Assembly (NCBI GenBank): GCA_002269645.1
Contig: NIVC01000095.1
Span: 62,001 to 126,000 of the forward strand
DNA: 64,000 bases
Direction: 5' to 3'
Source: Macrostomum lignano
Lineage: Eukaryota
This document shows, piece after piece, positions 42,476 to 55,394 of the stretch. The stretch's first letter is position 1, and each line of letters begins with the position of its first letter. Under the pieces are notes generated by a model. The model worked only from the letters and a program-made list of their open reading frames with translations, did no database searches and was not told where the DNA came from. Position numbers and translations under genes: made by a program.

Positions 42476-44747
42476 TCAAGAATCGAGTCCAGCCAGTTCG
42501 GACAACTGACTAACTGTCACATTTCGGCCACCGCAAACTACCACAACAATATCGCCGCCATTGGATAGCGCAGTCTCCGGCACCCGACTGTTGTACACTA
42601 CGGACAGAGCGGCGCCGCAGGCCGTCTCCGTCAGCATGTGATGATCTTCTAGAAACCGCCAGGAAGCCACAGCCGCCTCAGCATCTGTGCAAACAACACA
42701 GGAGGCCTTATCGCCGAATTCTTGCACAGTAGTCCAAGTCGAAGAGCAGATCTGCGATGCGCCTAAACTCGTAGCTTTTGACGTAATACCCGGAAGCGTA
42801 ACCGGGTGCCCAGTTGCCATAGCAACCGACAAACAATTGGCTCCGACTGTTTCGGCGGCAATTAAATTCGGATAGAGGCCGCGACGTTGGAAAGCGCGAG
42901 CAATGCCGCACAGAAGGCCACCGCCGCCCACAGCCACTACGATGGCCGATGGAGGGGAGCTGAGGCCGCTGCCGGGCTGCGTTGCAATGGGGGAAGGGGG
43001 ATAGAAGAGAGCTGCAGACGTGTTGAAAGGGCTGGGAAAGTGAGGATCTGGTAGGTTGGCTGGTGGCTTAACCCAAGGATCTGGTAGGTTGGCTGGTAGC
43101 TTAACTCAAAGATCTGGTAGGTTGGCTGGTAGCTTAACCCAAGGATCTGGTAGGTCGGCTGGTAGCTTAACCTAAGGATCTGGTAGGTTGGCTGGTAGCT
43201 TAATCTAAGGATCTGGTAGGTCGGCTGATAGCTTAACCCGAGGATCTGGTAGGTTGGCTGGTAGCTTAACTCGAGGATCTGGTAGGTTGGCTGGTGGCTT
43301 AACCCGAGGATCTGGTAGGTCGGCTGGTAGCTTAACCCGAGGATCTGGTAGGTTGGCTGGTAGCTTAATCTAAGGATCTGGTAGGTTGGCTGATAGCTTA
43401 ACCCGAGGATCTGGTAGGTCGGCTGGTAGCTTAACCTAAGGATCTGGTAGGTTGGCTGGTAGCTTAATCTAAGGATCTGGTAGGTCGGCTGATAGCTTAA
43501 CCCGAGGATCTGGTAGGTTGGCTGGTAGCTTAACTCGAGGATCTGGTAGGTTGGCTGGTAGCTTAACTCGAGGATCTGGTAGGTTGGCTGGTAGCTTAAC
43601 CCAAGGATCTGGTAGGTTGGTAAACCCACCAGAAAAACTGGTAGGGTGACTGGTAGCTTAGACCATTGCAATACCCTTAACAAAGATGAAAAACAAACAA
43701 GATACCTCCAGAATCTCGTCCACCAGAGTGCCATGCCCATCCCAAATGTCGGGATGGTCGTACGGGTGCACCAGCAGGCTGTTAGGCGTCGCACTGACCA
43801 ATTCTTCCGCTTTAGCGTGGGCGTCTCTCCAAACGGAGCCGTGCACCAGGACTTGCGCTCCTTCGGCTGAGACTCGCTTGCGCATGGACTCCGGGGTGCT
43901 TGATGGGACAACCACGGTGCAGGGCAGGCCGCTGTGCGCCGCTGCGTAGGCTGCGGCCAAGCCTGCGTTGCCGCCACTGCTGCTGACGACCTGACCGAAT
44001 TGAATAAATGGGAGTTATTAAGATCGAAATTAAGGAAGTTGCGTGGGATGAGCATTAGAGAAACTTAAGATAGGGATTAGGGGATTTAAAATGGGGATTA
44101 GGGGAATTGAGATGGGGATTGAGATTCGAGAAGTCGATTAGGGGATTTCAGATAGGGTTTAATTTAGGATATTTCAGATGGGGTTGAGGAGATTTGAGAC
44201 GTCGATTAGGGGATTTGAGCTGGGGATTAGGGGATTTGATATGGGGATTAGGGGATTTGAGCTGGGGATTAGGGGATTTGATATGGGGATTAGGGGATTT
44301 GAAAAGAGGATTAAGGGGATTTGATATGGGGATTAGTAGATTTGATATAAGGATTAGGGAATTGAGATGGGGATTGAGATTTGAGAAGTCGATTAGGGGA
44401 TTTGAGCTGGGGAATAGGGGGATTTGATATGGGGATTAGGGGATTTACGAAGAGCAGGAGGCCACGCAAGCAGACATTGGTATGCCAGCAAACTCGCTCA
44501 GGGCACACAACGACCAGTTTTTGTGCGTAAAGATTTCTCAAACACGGACGGCATCTACCTGGCTGCAGCCTTTATCCGCTAGGAGGGCCCTTTGCACCAT
44601 GCAGCCAATGCCGCGAATCTTGAACGACCCGGTAGGCTGGCAGTTCTCCAGTTTCAGCCAAACCCGACAGCCCGGCCGGCCGAGAGCCTCGGTCAGGGGG
44701 CGACTCTCAATTAGCGGAGTTCGGACGTGCAACGGCGGTAACGGCAT
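42476..44747 (-). CDS. SDS: L-serine/threonine dehydratase (SDS/SDSL family, PLP-dependent, ~324 aa); exons 44747-44559, 43990-43706, 42976-42476
   Basis: LHVRTPL, LKLENCQPTGSFKIRG (PLP lysine), SSGGNAGLAAAYAA, HPYDHPDIWDGH, AVGGGGLLCG, ETACGAALS, VVCGG; two phase-0 GT-AG introns. Confidence 0.93.
43045..43622. repeat. 33-bp minisatellite GATCTGGTAGGTTGGCTGGTAGCTTAACCCGAG, SDS intron 2
   Basis: 11-aa period in ORF 42937-44055. Confidence 0.95.
44070..44445. repeat. Degenerate 21-bp repeat GATTAGGGGATTTGAGCTGGG, SDS intron 1
   Basis: Period 21. Confidence 0.88.
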
Positions 44748-44917
44748 GGTCAGCTGGGTGGCTGAGATTAAATGCTCCGATAGTACAGCATGAAATATTC
44801 GTTATAATATGGAACCCGTTCAATTTTAACTGTGAGATTAGAAATGAACCTAGGAATTGTTTGTCGAATGTTCTGATTGATTGGGGCATTGATTGAGTGG
44901 ACTTTTGGTAGAATATT

Positions 44918-45335
44918 GGCCCAGCAACTCAGGATCTGGGAGGCTGGCCCAGCAACTGAGGATCTAGGAGGCTGGCCCAGCAACTGAGGATCTGGGAGGC
45001 TGGCCCAGCAACTGAGGATCTGGGAGGCTGGCCCAGCAACTGACACTCTGGGAGGCTGGCCCAGAAACTGGGGATCTGGGAGGCTGGCCCAGCAACTGAA
45101 GATCTGGGAGGCTGGCCCAGAAACTGAAGATCTGGGAGGCTGGCCCAGCAACTGACACTCTGGGAGGCTGGCCCAGAAACTGGGGATCTGGGAGGCTGGC
45201 TCAGCAACTGACACTCTGGGAGGCTGGCCCAGCAACTGACACTCTGGGAGGCTGGCCCCGCAACTGAGGATCTGGGAGGCTGGCCCATAAACTGACACTC
45301 TGGGAGGCTGTCCCAGCAACTAGGGATCTGAGAGG
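44918..45335. repeat. 28-bp minisatellite GGAGGCTGGCCCAGCAACTGAGGATCTG
   Basis: Period 28. Confidence 0.93.
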
Positions 45336-45654
45336 TTGGTCAAGCTACGGAAAATGGCGGTCTAACCTGAGGCAATGATGCAGATCGAGTTCTTAAACTG
45401 GGGATCTGGGATCAGCATTAAACCTGTCCGCCTCGTGACTAACGGGCCTGTCCATTGTTCCGGACTGCGGGCCCATGATAAGCGCAGAGGCGCCGGTGTC
45501 TCTCTTGCAACCCAAACTGCCAACTCCGATGCGACACTGTGAGAACTGCTGTCAATATCAGAGCTCAACTGGGTGCGAATTTGCCTCTGATGGCTGCATA
45601 TTGAGCAGCTGGAGGCGCAACTACTGATAATGTAAGCTGAGTGGCTGCTGCACC

Positions 45655-46312
45655 TGGGTCTGGGAGGGCGGTGGCTGAGCCTTGGGTCTGGGAGGGCGGC
45701 GGCTGAGCCTGGGGTCTGGGAGGGTGGCGGTGGCTGAGCCTGGGGTCTGGGAGGGCGGTGGCTGAGCCTGGGGTCTGGGAGGGCGGTGGCTGAGCCTGGG
45801 GTCTGGGAGGGCGGTGACTGAGCCTGGGGTCTGGGAGGGCGGTGGCTGAGCCTGGGGTCTGGGAGGGTGGCAGTGGCTGAGCCTGGGGTCTGGGAGGGCG
45901 GTGGCTGAGCCTGGGGTCTGGGAGGGCGGTGGCTGAGCCTGGGGTCTGGGAGGGCGGTGGCTGAGCCTGGGGTCTGGGAGGGCGGTGGCTGAGCCTGGGG
46001 TCTGGGAGGGCGGTGGCTGAGTCTGGGGTTTGGAAAGGTGGCGGTGGCTGAGTCTGGGGTCTGGGAGGGCGGTGGCTGAGCCTGGGGTCTGGGAGGGCGG
46101 TGGCTGAGCCTGGGGTCTGGGAGGGTGGCGGTGGCTGAGCCTGGGGTCTGGGAGGGTGGCAGTGGCTGAGCCTGGGGTTTGGGAGGGTGGCAGTGGCTGA
46201 GCCTGGGGTCTGGGAGGGCGGTGGGTGAGTCTGGGGTCTGGGAGGGCGGTGGCTGAGCCTGGGGTCTGGGAGGGCGGTGGCTGAGCCTGGGGTCTGGGAG
46301 GGTGGCGGTGGC
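45655..46312. repeat. 28/31-bp G-rich minisatellite GGCGGTGGCTGAGCCTGGGGTCTGGGAG
   Basis: Period 28 with +3 variants; three G3/G4 runs per unit. Confidence 0.95.
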
Positions 46313-47084
46313 AGCACAGTGAGTATACCTACTAAATTTCTCAAATTTGGAACGTTTTGAATTCAAGATTTTCAGGGGAGGGATTAGAGACAATTTTAAA
46401 ATAAATAAATAAATAATGAATAACCGACAATGCAAGGAGTTGCCGACAGTCGAAATATTAGAATAATAATAATTATTGTTACTGACAAGTTGAAAAGAAT
46501 TGCTGCATTATGGTTGCACTAATATTATTATTGGCATATTTTTACTTGTTTATTAATGCTTTTATTACCCTACTAAGCAGCAGTCGACATATTTGATGCA
46601 ATAATTATATTAGTAATAATATAATATACGAAAATTATGGATTTTTTAACGACATTGAAAATGCGTGCCAAGGGATGGTCGGTGCGTAAAGATGGATAAA
46701 ATAAAATTATAAAAAAATAGAATGATAATTTCAATTACAACACTGGGATTGAATTGTTGAGACATGGGACAAGCGACTTGGGCTGCGATAAAAGTCATAG
46801 CGATAAACCGGATACAAAAAATAGCAATTTTCAATAGTCAACTGCGAGCCAATTTTAACTGCTGCAGGGACGAAAGAAGTTTGTTGACAAAATTAGAAAC
46901 CTTTTGTAGCGAGCGCATTCAAATAAATTTCCGATAAATGGAAGGCAGTTTTGTCTTTGAAAAAGTGACAAAATGCTCACACAGGCATATCGCGGAATTT
47001 GCTGATGCTGCAGGCAGCTGACTCTTAGACCCACTTTCAACTGACTCTCCAAGGGAAATTGGAGAGCGATTCGATTTTCTAGGG

Positions 47085-48438
47085 GTTGATTGGAGACAAT
47101 TCTCAGTGTGATAGTGGATACAACTCTTAGAATGAAATTAGAGACAATTCTCGGGATGAGATTAGAGACAATTCTCAGGATGAGATTAGAGACAATTTTC
47201 AGTGTGATATTGGATACAATTCTTAGAATGAGATTAGAGACAATTCTCAGTACGAGATTAGAGATAATTCTCAGTATGAAATTAGAGACAATTCTCAGTA
47301 TGATATTAGAGACAATTCTCAGTATGAGATTAGAGACAATTCTCAGTATGATATTAGAGACAATTCTCAGTATGAGATTAGAGACAATTCTCAGGATGAG
47401 ATTAGAGACAATTCTCAGTGTGATATTGGATACAATTCTTAGAATGAGATTAGAGACAATTCTCAGTACGAGATTAGAGATAATTCTCAGTATGAAATTA
47501 GAGACAATTCTCAGTATGATATTAGAGACAATTCTCAGTATGAGATTAGAGACAATTCTCAGGATGAGATTAGAGACAATTCTCAGTGTGATATTGGATA
47601 CAATTCTTAGAATGAGATTAGAGACAATTCTCAGTACGAGATTAGAGATAATTCTCAGTATGAAATTAGAGACAATTCTCAGTATGAGATTAGAGACAAT
47701 TCTCAGTATGAGATTAGAGACAATTCTCAGGATGAGATTAAAGACAATTCTCAGGATGAGATTAGAGACAATTCTCAGGATGAGATTGAAGACAATTCTT
47801 AGAATGAGATAAGAGACAATTCTCAGGATGAGATAAGAGATAATTCTCAGGATGAGATAAGAGACAATTCTCAGGATGAGATTGGAGACAATTCTCAGGA
47901 TGAGATAAGAGACAATTCTCAGAATGAGATAAGAGACAATTCTCAGGATGAGATAAGAGATAATTCTCAGGATGAGATAAGAGACAATTCTCAGAATGAG
48001 ATAAGAGACAATTCTCAGGATGAGATAAGAGACAATTCTTAGAATGAGATAAGAGACAATTCTCAGGATGAGATTGGAGACAATTCTCAGGATGAGATAA
48101 GAGACAATTCTTAGAATGAGATAAGAGACAATTCTCAGGATGAGATAAGAGACAATTCTCAGGATGAGATTAGAGACAATTCTCAGGATGAGATTAGAGA
48201 CAATTCTCAGGATGAGATTAGAGACAATTCTCAGGATGAGATTAGAGACAATTCTCAGGATGAGATTGAAGACAATTCTTAGAATGAGATAAGAGACAAT
48301 TCTCAGGATGAGATTGAAGACAATTCTTAGAATGAGATAAGAGACAATTCTCAGGATGAAATTAGAGACAATTCTCAGGATGAGATTAGAGACAATTCTC
48401 AGGATGAGATAAGAGACAATTCTCAGGATGAGATTGGA
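47085..48438. repeat. 24-bp satellite GAGACAATTCTCAGGATGAGATTA
   Basis: Period 24; explains ORF 47090-47812. Confidence 0.96.
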
Positions 48439-48929
48439 GGAGCGAAGATTCCCACGATGAGAAGCGCTATCAAAAGCTAAAATGCGGGGTCTGGGCCATT
48501 CTCAGGGCAATGTATCAAGTAGATCAGTGCGGTTAAGCCACAGCTGCATCAGACAAAAAATGAAAGAAATAGCATGAAAGTAAGGATGGTTGGATATATC
48601 ACTGCCAGTAATATATAATGCGGGCAGGAGCGCACAACAATCAGCGATTATATAAATAGGCTGATTAACAGCCGCAATAGCATGGGTAGCAGCAGATGGA
48701 AAAGAAGTGTTAGACACCCAGTATTTCGGATTGACACAAAGCATTAACAATAATAATAAAAACCTATTAGCAGGTAAGTTGCAAAAAATGCTAAGACTTA
48801 TGTATAAATTGTTAATAATTCTAATTAAAATGGTCGCTGAGAAATTACAGGTGTGATACAATTAAAATGAAAATAATATTGCAGCTTAATAAAGTCCGGC
48901 CAGAGAGCAAATGAAGGTCAATTTGTTGT

Positions 48930-51900
48930 TTACTCGCTAGGCTGCCCATCCAATTTGAGCAGGTCGCTGTCGGCCGGCAAAGCGGGAGTCAGGGCCACCT
49001 TGCGGAATATGCTGAAATATTGTGTAATATCGTAATTTGTTTTTTATAAAGGAATTGAATTGGAATCAGGATTATGTCCATTTATACGGATAAAATGGTT
49101 GAAAGAACTGGGAAGAAAACATACAGAGAAAATGTATACGGGAGATGCAGGGTAGAGAAGGGAGATGCAGGGTAGAGACGGGAGATGCAGGGTAGAGAAG
49201 GGAGATGCAGGGTAGAGACGGGAGATGAAGGGTAGAGACGGGAGATAAGGTTAGAGACGGAGATGCAGGGTAGAAACGGGAGATGCAGGGTAGAGACGGC
49301 AGATGAAGGGTGGAGACGGGAGACGAAGGGTAGAAACGGGAGATGCAGGGTAGAGACGAGAAGATGCAGGGTAGAGACGGGAGATGAAGGGTGGAGACGG
49401 ACGGGAGATGCAGGGTAGAGACGGGAGATGCAGGGTAGAGACGGGAGATGCAGGGTAGAGACGGGAGATGCAGGGTAGAGACGGGAGATGCAGGGTAGAG
49501 ACGGGAGATGCAGGGTAGAAACGGGAGATAAAGGGTAGAGGCGGGAGATGCAGGGTAGAGACGGGAGATGAAGGGTGGAGACGGACGGGAGATAAAGGGT
49601 AGAGACGGGAAATGCAGGGCAGAGACGTGAGATGAAGGGTACAGACGGGAGATGCAGGGTAGAGACGGGAGATGCAGTTTGGGACCCGTTACGAAAGCCG
49701 AGGCAAAGAGGAGACTCACGCGTTGGAGTACTTGAGAAAGGTAGTACTCTGCGGTCGAGGTCCATCAGGCGCCAGCTGCTTAGCGGACAGAGCGTTGATT
49801 TGCCGGACAATGGGCATGAGCTCCAGCTCGGTCCAGGCGGTGCTATAGCTGAGGTGCTGCGGCCACACTGGCTGCATGCCCAGCTGGGCTCTGGCTAGCC
49901 ACAGGGCGGCGGCAGCTTTGGCGCTCTCCCGTTCCAGATTGAGCTGATGGTCTAGCAGGGTGAGCTCGAGCAAGTACCTGCGGACAGATGTTTTTCGTGT
50001 GCGTGCGCGGGTTGCTAATCTGTTCGAATGCTTTCTTAGATCAACAGAGATAATTATCGAATTAGCCAAATAATTGGCCATTCAGTCGATGAAGTCGATG
50101 GAGAAAATCGATGCCTAATTAGCATAATTAGCTTGGATATTTTCTGGAGAAAATCGATGTCTAATTAGCATAATGAGCTTGGATATTTCCTGGGAGGAAA
50201 AATTTGCCTAATTCTCATAATTAGCTTGAATATTTCCTGGGAAGAAAATTTGCCTAATTTTCATAATTAGCTTGAATATTTTCAGGGGAAAATGTATGCC
50301 TAATTAGCGTATGGTATATGGTGTATATCATTGCAACCATTTAGCAAATTAATCTACCTAGCCAGGTAAGCCATCGCCTGATTGTCGTGATCAATAACGC
50401 GCAAAAATCGACGCAAAAAATTGTAAGACAGCGGCCAGCTGATGCGAAATTCCACGGCGGCAAGAATCTGCTGCTCCATGGCCAGCACCTGGCGGTTGGA
50501 GTACGCGTCCAGGGTGAGGCACGTCTGTAAGCGGGAGAAACAGGGGGCGAGTGATATGTAAAATTCATAAGCCAGACACTGAAGACACGATCAAATCCTA
50601 CAGCATTGACATGTAAAATACAGCAATGACACAATCAAATACAGCATCGGCAAACTCAAGAACAGCATCGGCAAACTCAAGAACAGCATCGACACGATCA
50701 AATACAGACCCGATAAGATCAGACCCGATAAGATCAAATTGAGACCTGAAAGGACCAATACAGACCCAATAGGATCAAATACAGATTCGATAGGATAGAT
50801 ACAGATCCTATAGGATCAAATACAGACCCGATAGGATCAAATACAGACCCGATAGGATGAAATACAGACCCGATAGGATCAAATACAGACCCGATAGGAT
50901 CAAATACAGACCCGATAGGATCAAATACAGACCCGATAGGATCAAATACAGACCCGATAGGATCAAATACAGACCCGATAGGATCAAATACAGATCCGAT
51001 AGGATCAAATACAGACTCGATAGGATCAAATACAGACCCGATAGGATCAAATACAGACCCGATAGGATCAAATACAGACCCGATAGGATCAAATACAGAC
51101 TCGATAGGATAAAATACAGACCCAATAGGATGAAATACAACATCAACAAACTCTATACAGAACCAACACAAGCAACTACAGTACCAAAACTATCAAATAC
51201 AGCCCCGAGACGATCAAGTACAGCACGGATGCAGTCTTACCAGCTGCCTAAGCTGCACGGCAAACAGTTCCTCTTTCTTGCTGGCAATCCACAGAGCAGA
51301 GATGGCCAACAGCTGCAGGCTCTGCTTAGCCAAGCCCTTGTGCCGCCGGCTCAGGTACATATAGATCAGCTTCACAGTCAGGTAAAGGGTCTCGTAATTG
51401 AGCTCCAAGCTTTCGTGAGCGTTCACTAGCCAGTCTAGCAACACTCGGAGCATGTCCCAGCGCAGGCCACCGCTGGAAGACAAACTCTGCGAAGACTGCT
51501 GCTGCTGCTGCTGCAGAAAGTCCACTAGCGGCAGCTCGCGTCTGAAGCGAGAGGAAATAGTTGAAATAAAAATATTACAGGTTGCTGAGTGGCATATGGC
51601 ACCGGTTGCTATGACCAGACGAATGTGGCACTGGTTGCTAAGGGAAATTGCACAGGTTGCTATGGTAAATAGCACCAGTCGCAAAGGGAAATAGCACAGG
51701 TTGCTACGGTAAATAGCACCGGTCGCAAAGGGAAATAACAAGTTGCTATGGTAAATATTACAGGCCGCTACGATAAATAGCACACGTTGCTAAGGGAAAT
51801 AGCACAGGTTGCTAAGGGAAATAGCACACGTTGCTAAGGGAAATAGCACAGGTTGCTAAGGGAAATAGCACACGTTGCTAAGGGAAATAGCACAGGTTGC

Positions 51901-52667
51901 TTTGGTAAATAGCCCAGGTTGCTAAGGTAAATAGGTTGCTATGGTAAAAATCACATGCTGATAAGGTAAATAGATTGCTAATAAGGTAAATAGCAATGGT
52001 TGCTACGAAAACTACCGCAGGTTGCTAATGGATATAGCACAGGTTGATATAGGAGAGAATTAAATTAACAACAAACCTGTAATTCTCCTCTAGATCTTGA
52101 TCCATAAAGAAGGACTCCAGCACATACGGATAGTGATCGAGATACTGACCATTGCCAGGCAGCACAGACAGTATGCTATCCTTCTTAGCCAGTTCCTGAT
52201 ACAAAGCCAATGGAATTTCCGGCGCCGGAGCTGGCGCCACAATCGGCGCCGCCTCTTGCTGCTGCGGCTGGCTGCTGCTAAAGAGGCCGCCAATTCCCAG
52301 ATTGCTCTCCTGGCTCAGCTTGAACCCGTTCTCGGCGTCAATCGGGTTGCGCTGACGAGCGGCCGCACGACGCGACTTTTTATTTGGGCCAACAACTCGC
52401 TGGCTGGCGTTGCCTTCGCTAAAAGCAACAACAGACTTGCGCTTTGAAGCTCTGCGCTTTTGCTGCTGAGGCTGCTGCTGCTGGTGGTTGGTGACATTGC
52501 TCAAACTGTTGAGCGCTCGACGCCCTCCAGCTTCCGCTGCCACGTCATCAGCGGCGCCAGCAGACACAGCGGCAGTCGTAGCAGCCGTAATCTCAGAAGA
52601 TAATCGACGCTTCTGAGCTCGAGTGAGCACTGAGGCGTTCTCTAAATTGGCTTGATCAATGAGAGCC

Positions 52668-52699
<32 letters not shown>

Positions 52700-52780
52700 T
52701 TTCGAAGGCTTCACCCCGCGAATCAGGGCTTGAAGAAAGCCACCACGCTTAGGGTTATTATTAGCTGCAGTTGTAGTCAT
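48930..52780 (-). CDS. CCNB3: Cyclin B3-like mitotic cyclin (503 aa); exons 52780-52077, 51541-51241, 50524-50358, 49977-49720, 49011-48930
   Basis: D-box RRALNSLSN; cyclin box LLDWLVNAHESLELNYETLYLTVKL (B3-type ELNHETLYLAVKL); PLSYNFLRRF, RYLLELTL, KYSN..F.KVA; four phase-consistent GT-AG introns. Confidence 0.88.
49138..49676. repeat. 20-bp repeat GGGAGATGCAGGGTAGAGAC, cyclin intron 4
   Basis: Period 20. Confidence 0.95.
50690..51135. repeat. 21-bp repeat GATAGGATCAAATACAGACCC, cyclin intron 2
   Basis: Period 21. Confidence 0.95.
51585..52035. repeat. 22-bp repeat AGCACAGGTTGCTAAGGGAAAT, cyclin intron 1
   Basis: Period 22, degenerate at the edges. Confidence 0.9.
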
Positions 52781-55394
52781 GTTACTTGGATATTTTTAAT
52801 TAGTTGGAACTTTTATTTTATTGCCTTTTTAAAAATTTAGATCTTATCTGGAGTAGAATAGACACTGGAGAGGTGCGCAGCATAAAGCAGAAGTTTTAAT
52901 CATCTTTCATTAATTTAATCTAGCTTTTTCATCATGGTGTGTGTCAGCCATCAAGCTAAATGCATATTGTTGGGATTTTAATTAATACTTGATTCACTCT
53001 GATTAATCAAAATTATATAACTTGCATAGTATCAAAACTAAGACTATGGGCATGGTTATTAGACATCAAGGCAGCAAATACAGAAAAACAGTGGACCAGG
53101 GGTAAGTCACAAAAATACCCACCCAAAAGAATACACACGTAGTACTGATTAGATGACGAAGCATTTAGCCTTAATAGTACGGTCATAGTTACTCCTACCG
53201 TTTACCCAAAATTGCATTATTTTTGCTTTAGGCATGTATGAAGAGGGCACACTTTATGTTTAAACACTTAAACTGTGATGACATCTAATAATTTGGTATA
53301 TGAAAGATTTAATTTTGGTCAAATAAATAAAACTAGTGAATAGATTGCTAAGCAAGGGCCAAGAAGTAAACTATTGATTTTTGTAAGCCCATTACTCTAA
53401 CTTATCAACATTCTATAATTTTTATCAAAGAACTTTATATTCAAATTAAAAAAACAATAAAAAACATGCAACAAACAGATACATTACTTGAAAAACTATT
53501 ACATCTAAAATTAAAAATAGTATACTTGAAGCAAGATACTTAACATGTGAAAATTTATATGGCCTATAAAACAAGGGGCTAATGAAAATAATAATTTAGT
53601 ATCAATATATCATCTGCAAACAAACCTTTTAAAGAAACAAGACATACAATTTAATATTCAAGTCTAAATGACTATCAAGCAATCCACAATAGGCTGAGAT
53701 AGTTAGATATCAAGATGACTATAATGTCTTTTGTACTTGCTATTCTGGTAAAAATAAGTGTCTACTGCATAAGCATATATGCTATTGCTTAGCATTTGAA
53801 GCTAGAATGCCACATGAAAATATTGAAGCATATTAATTATTCAAAACTAGCAACAATGGTAGATACAAGGGGGCATGGGGCCATGCTTTTCTCAGCCATG
53901 GCCAAAAAAAATTAGGCCATATTTTTTGCCTATAATTATATAAGGTCTATTTTTTTCATTTTAGGTTGTACTGCTTAGTATAGTTTGCCCTAAAATTTTA
54001 TAGATCTATACTAGCTAGCCATATATATGTATAGCTCTAATTTGTTTTAAGCTACCAATAGCAATTACAAGTATTGCTATAGTTATAGCTATATTAGCTA
54101 TAGCCATTGATCTAATTACCATAGCTGCTAATCTATCTATTGCTAGTTTTGCTGCTATTGATATTTTTTCTATAAATATTGGCTTTGGCACTAGTAATAA
54201 AGGCTAGCTCTAAAACTCTTTTGTAATGAATATATATACAACTAAAGCTAAAATAAAAAATAGGCACTTTATCTTGTGTGGTCATATAGCTTTTCTTGCA
54301 ACAGTGATAGAATGGTTAATGTACTCTAGGATATAGATCCCAACAATGAGATGTTTTGCCAAATCTTGATTGGATAAGACAATGTACTATTTATATTTTT
54401 TCCTTTTGTTTTTTGGTATTTTTTTATTTCAAAGTAAAAAGGAAATCATAATTACCTAAAGGTGAAGACTTTCTTTAATAGTATTTGGCTTGTCGATAAA
54501 CTATATATAGTTGTCATTGGACTGACTTAATATGCTTTGCAATAGTTGACAGTCTTTGCTTGCCAATATATAGAGCATTGAGTTGCTGATATAGAAGATC
54601 ATATAGTTGAACTTGATCAGCAAGTATATACTTTATATACCAACTTAAAATACTTTGTGGCTGGCTAGGTAACATTAGTGGTAGAGGTCTATTGCTAATA
54701 ATTTGGGTCTACTACTTTTGAGCTTCTGTCATTGTTATTTGTTACCATTATTGCCTTCTTATCTACAAAGTAACTTTTTATAATTGCCTATACAATTTAT
54801 ACTCTAAACTATGCAATGCCAAATAGCAATTTAAAAATTCATGTCAATATGGCTAAAGTGTACTATGTCAAGTTTGACTTGTCTATCAAGGTTATCCCAT
54901 AGACTAACTAAAATATGACTATTGACTTTTATATTCATGAACTTTCTTCGACTTAGGGCCAATATAATTTTGTCCCATTTTAGTTGGATATATCTTTATT
55001 TTTATCTATAGAACTTATTGAAATAATTAAAAATGTTATTTTTAGAGCCTTCCATTTAGATACTAACATTAGATTTTTATGCATTTTAAATAATACTTAG
55101 ACATAATAATGTATATAATGTCACAATTCTGCATTATTATATCTAGGCCTATATCTATTTAGGAAATATCTTAAAACCAAGTTAGAAAAAGACAATATAT
55201 TTGTGTAGATATATATAATTGCAAAAATACCTATTTAAAAGAATATAAATGTAGTAGTACTAATTAGTTGATGAGGCATTTAGCCTTAATAAGACAATTA
55301 TAATTTTGTTTACTTGCAGATGAAATAACTTTTTGAAAAAAAATAAATTAAATTTAGTTGCATATATAGGCCTAATATGCTAAGCCTAATATTA

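Noticed and set aside
46646-48861. Short minus-strand ORFs between SDS and cyclin B3
   Set aside because: AT-rich, UTR-like composition; no consistent exon chain could be built.
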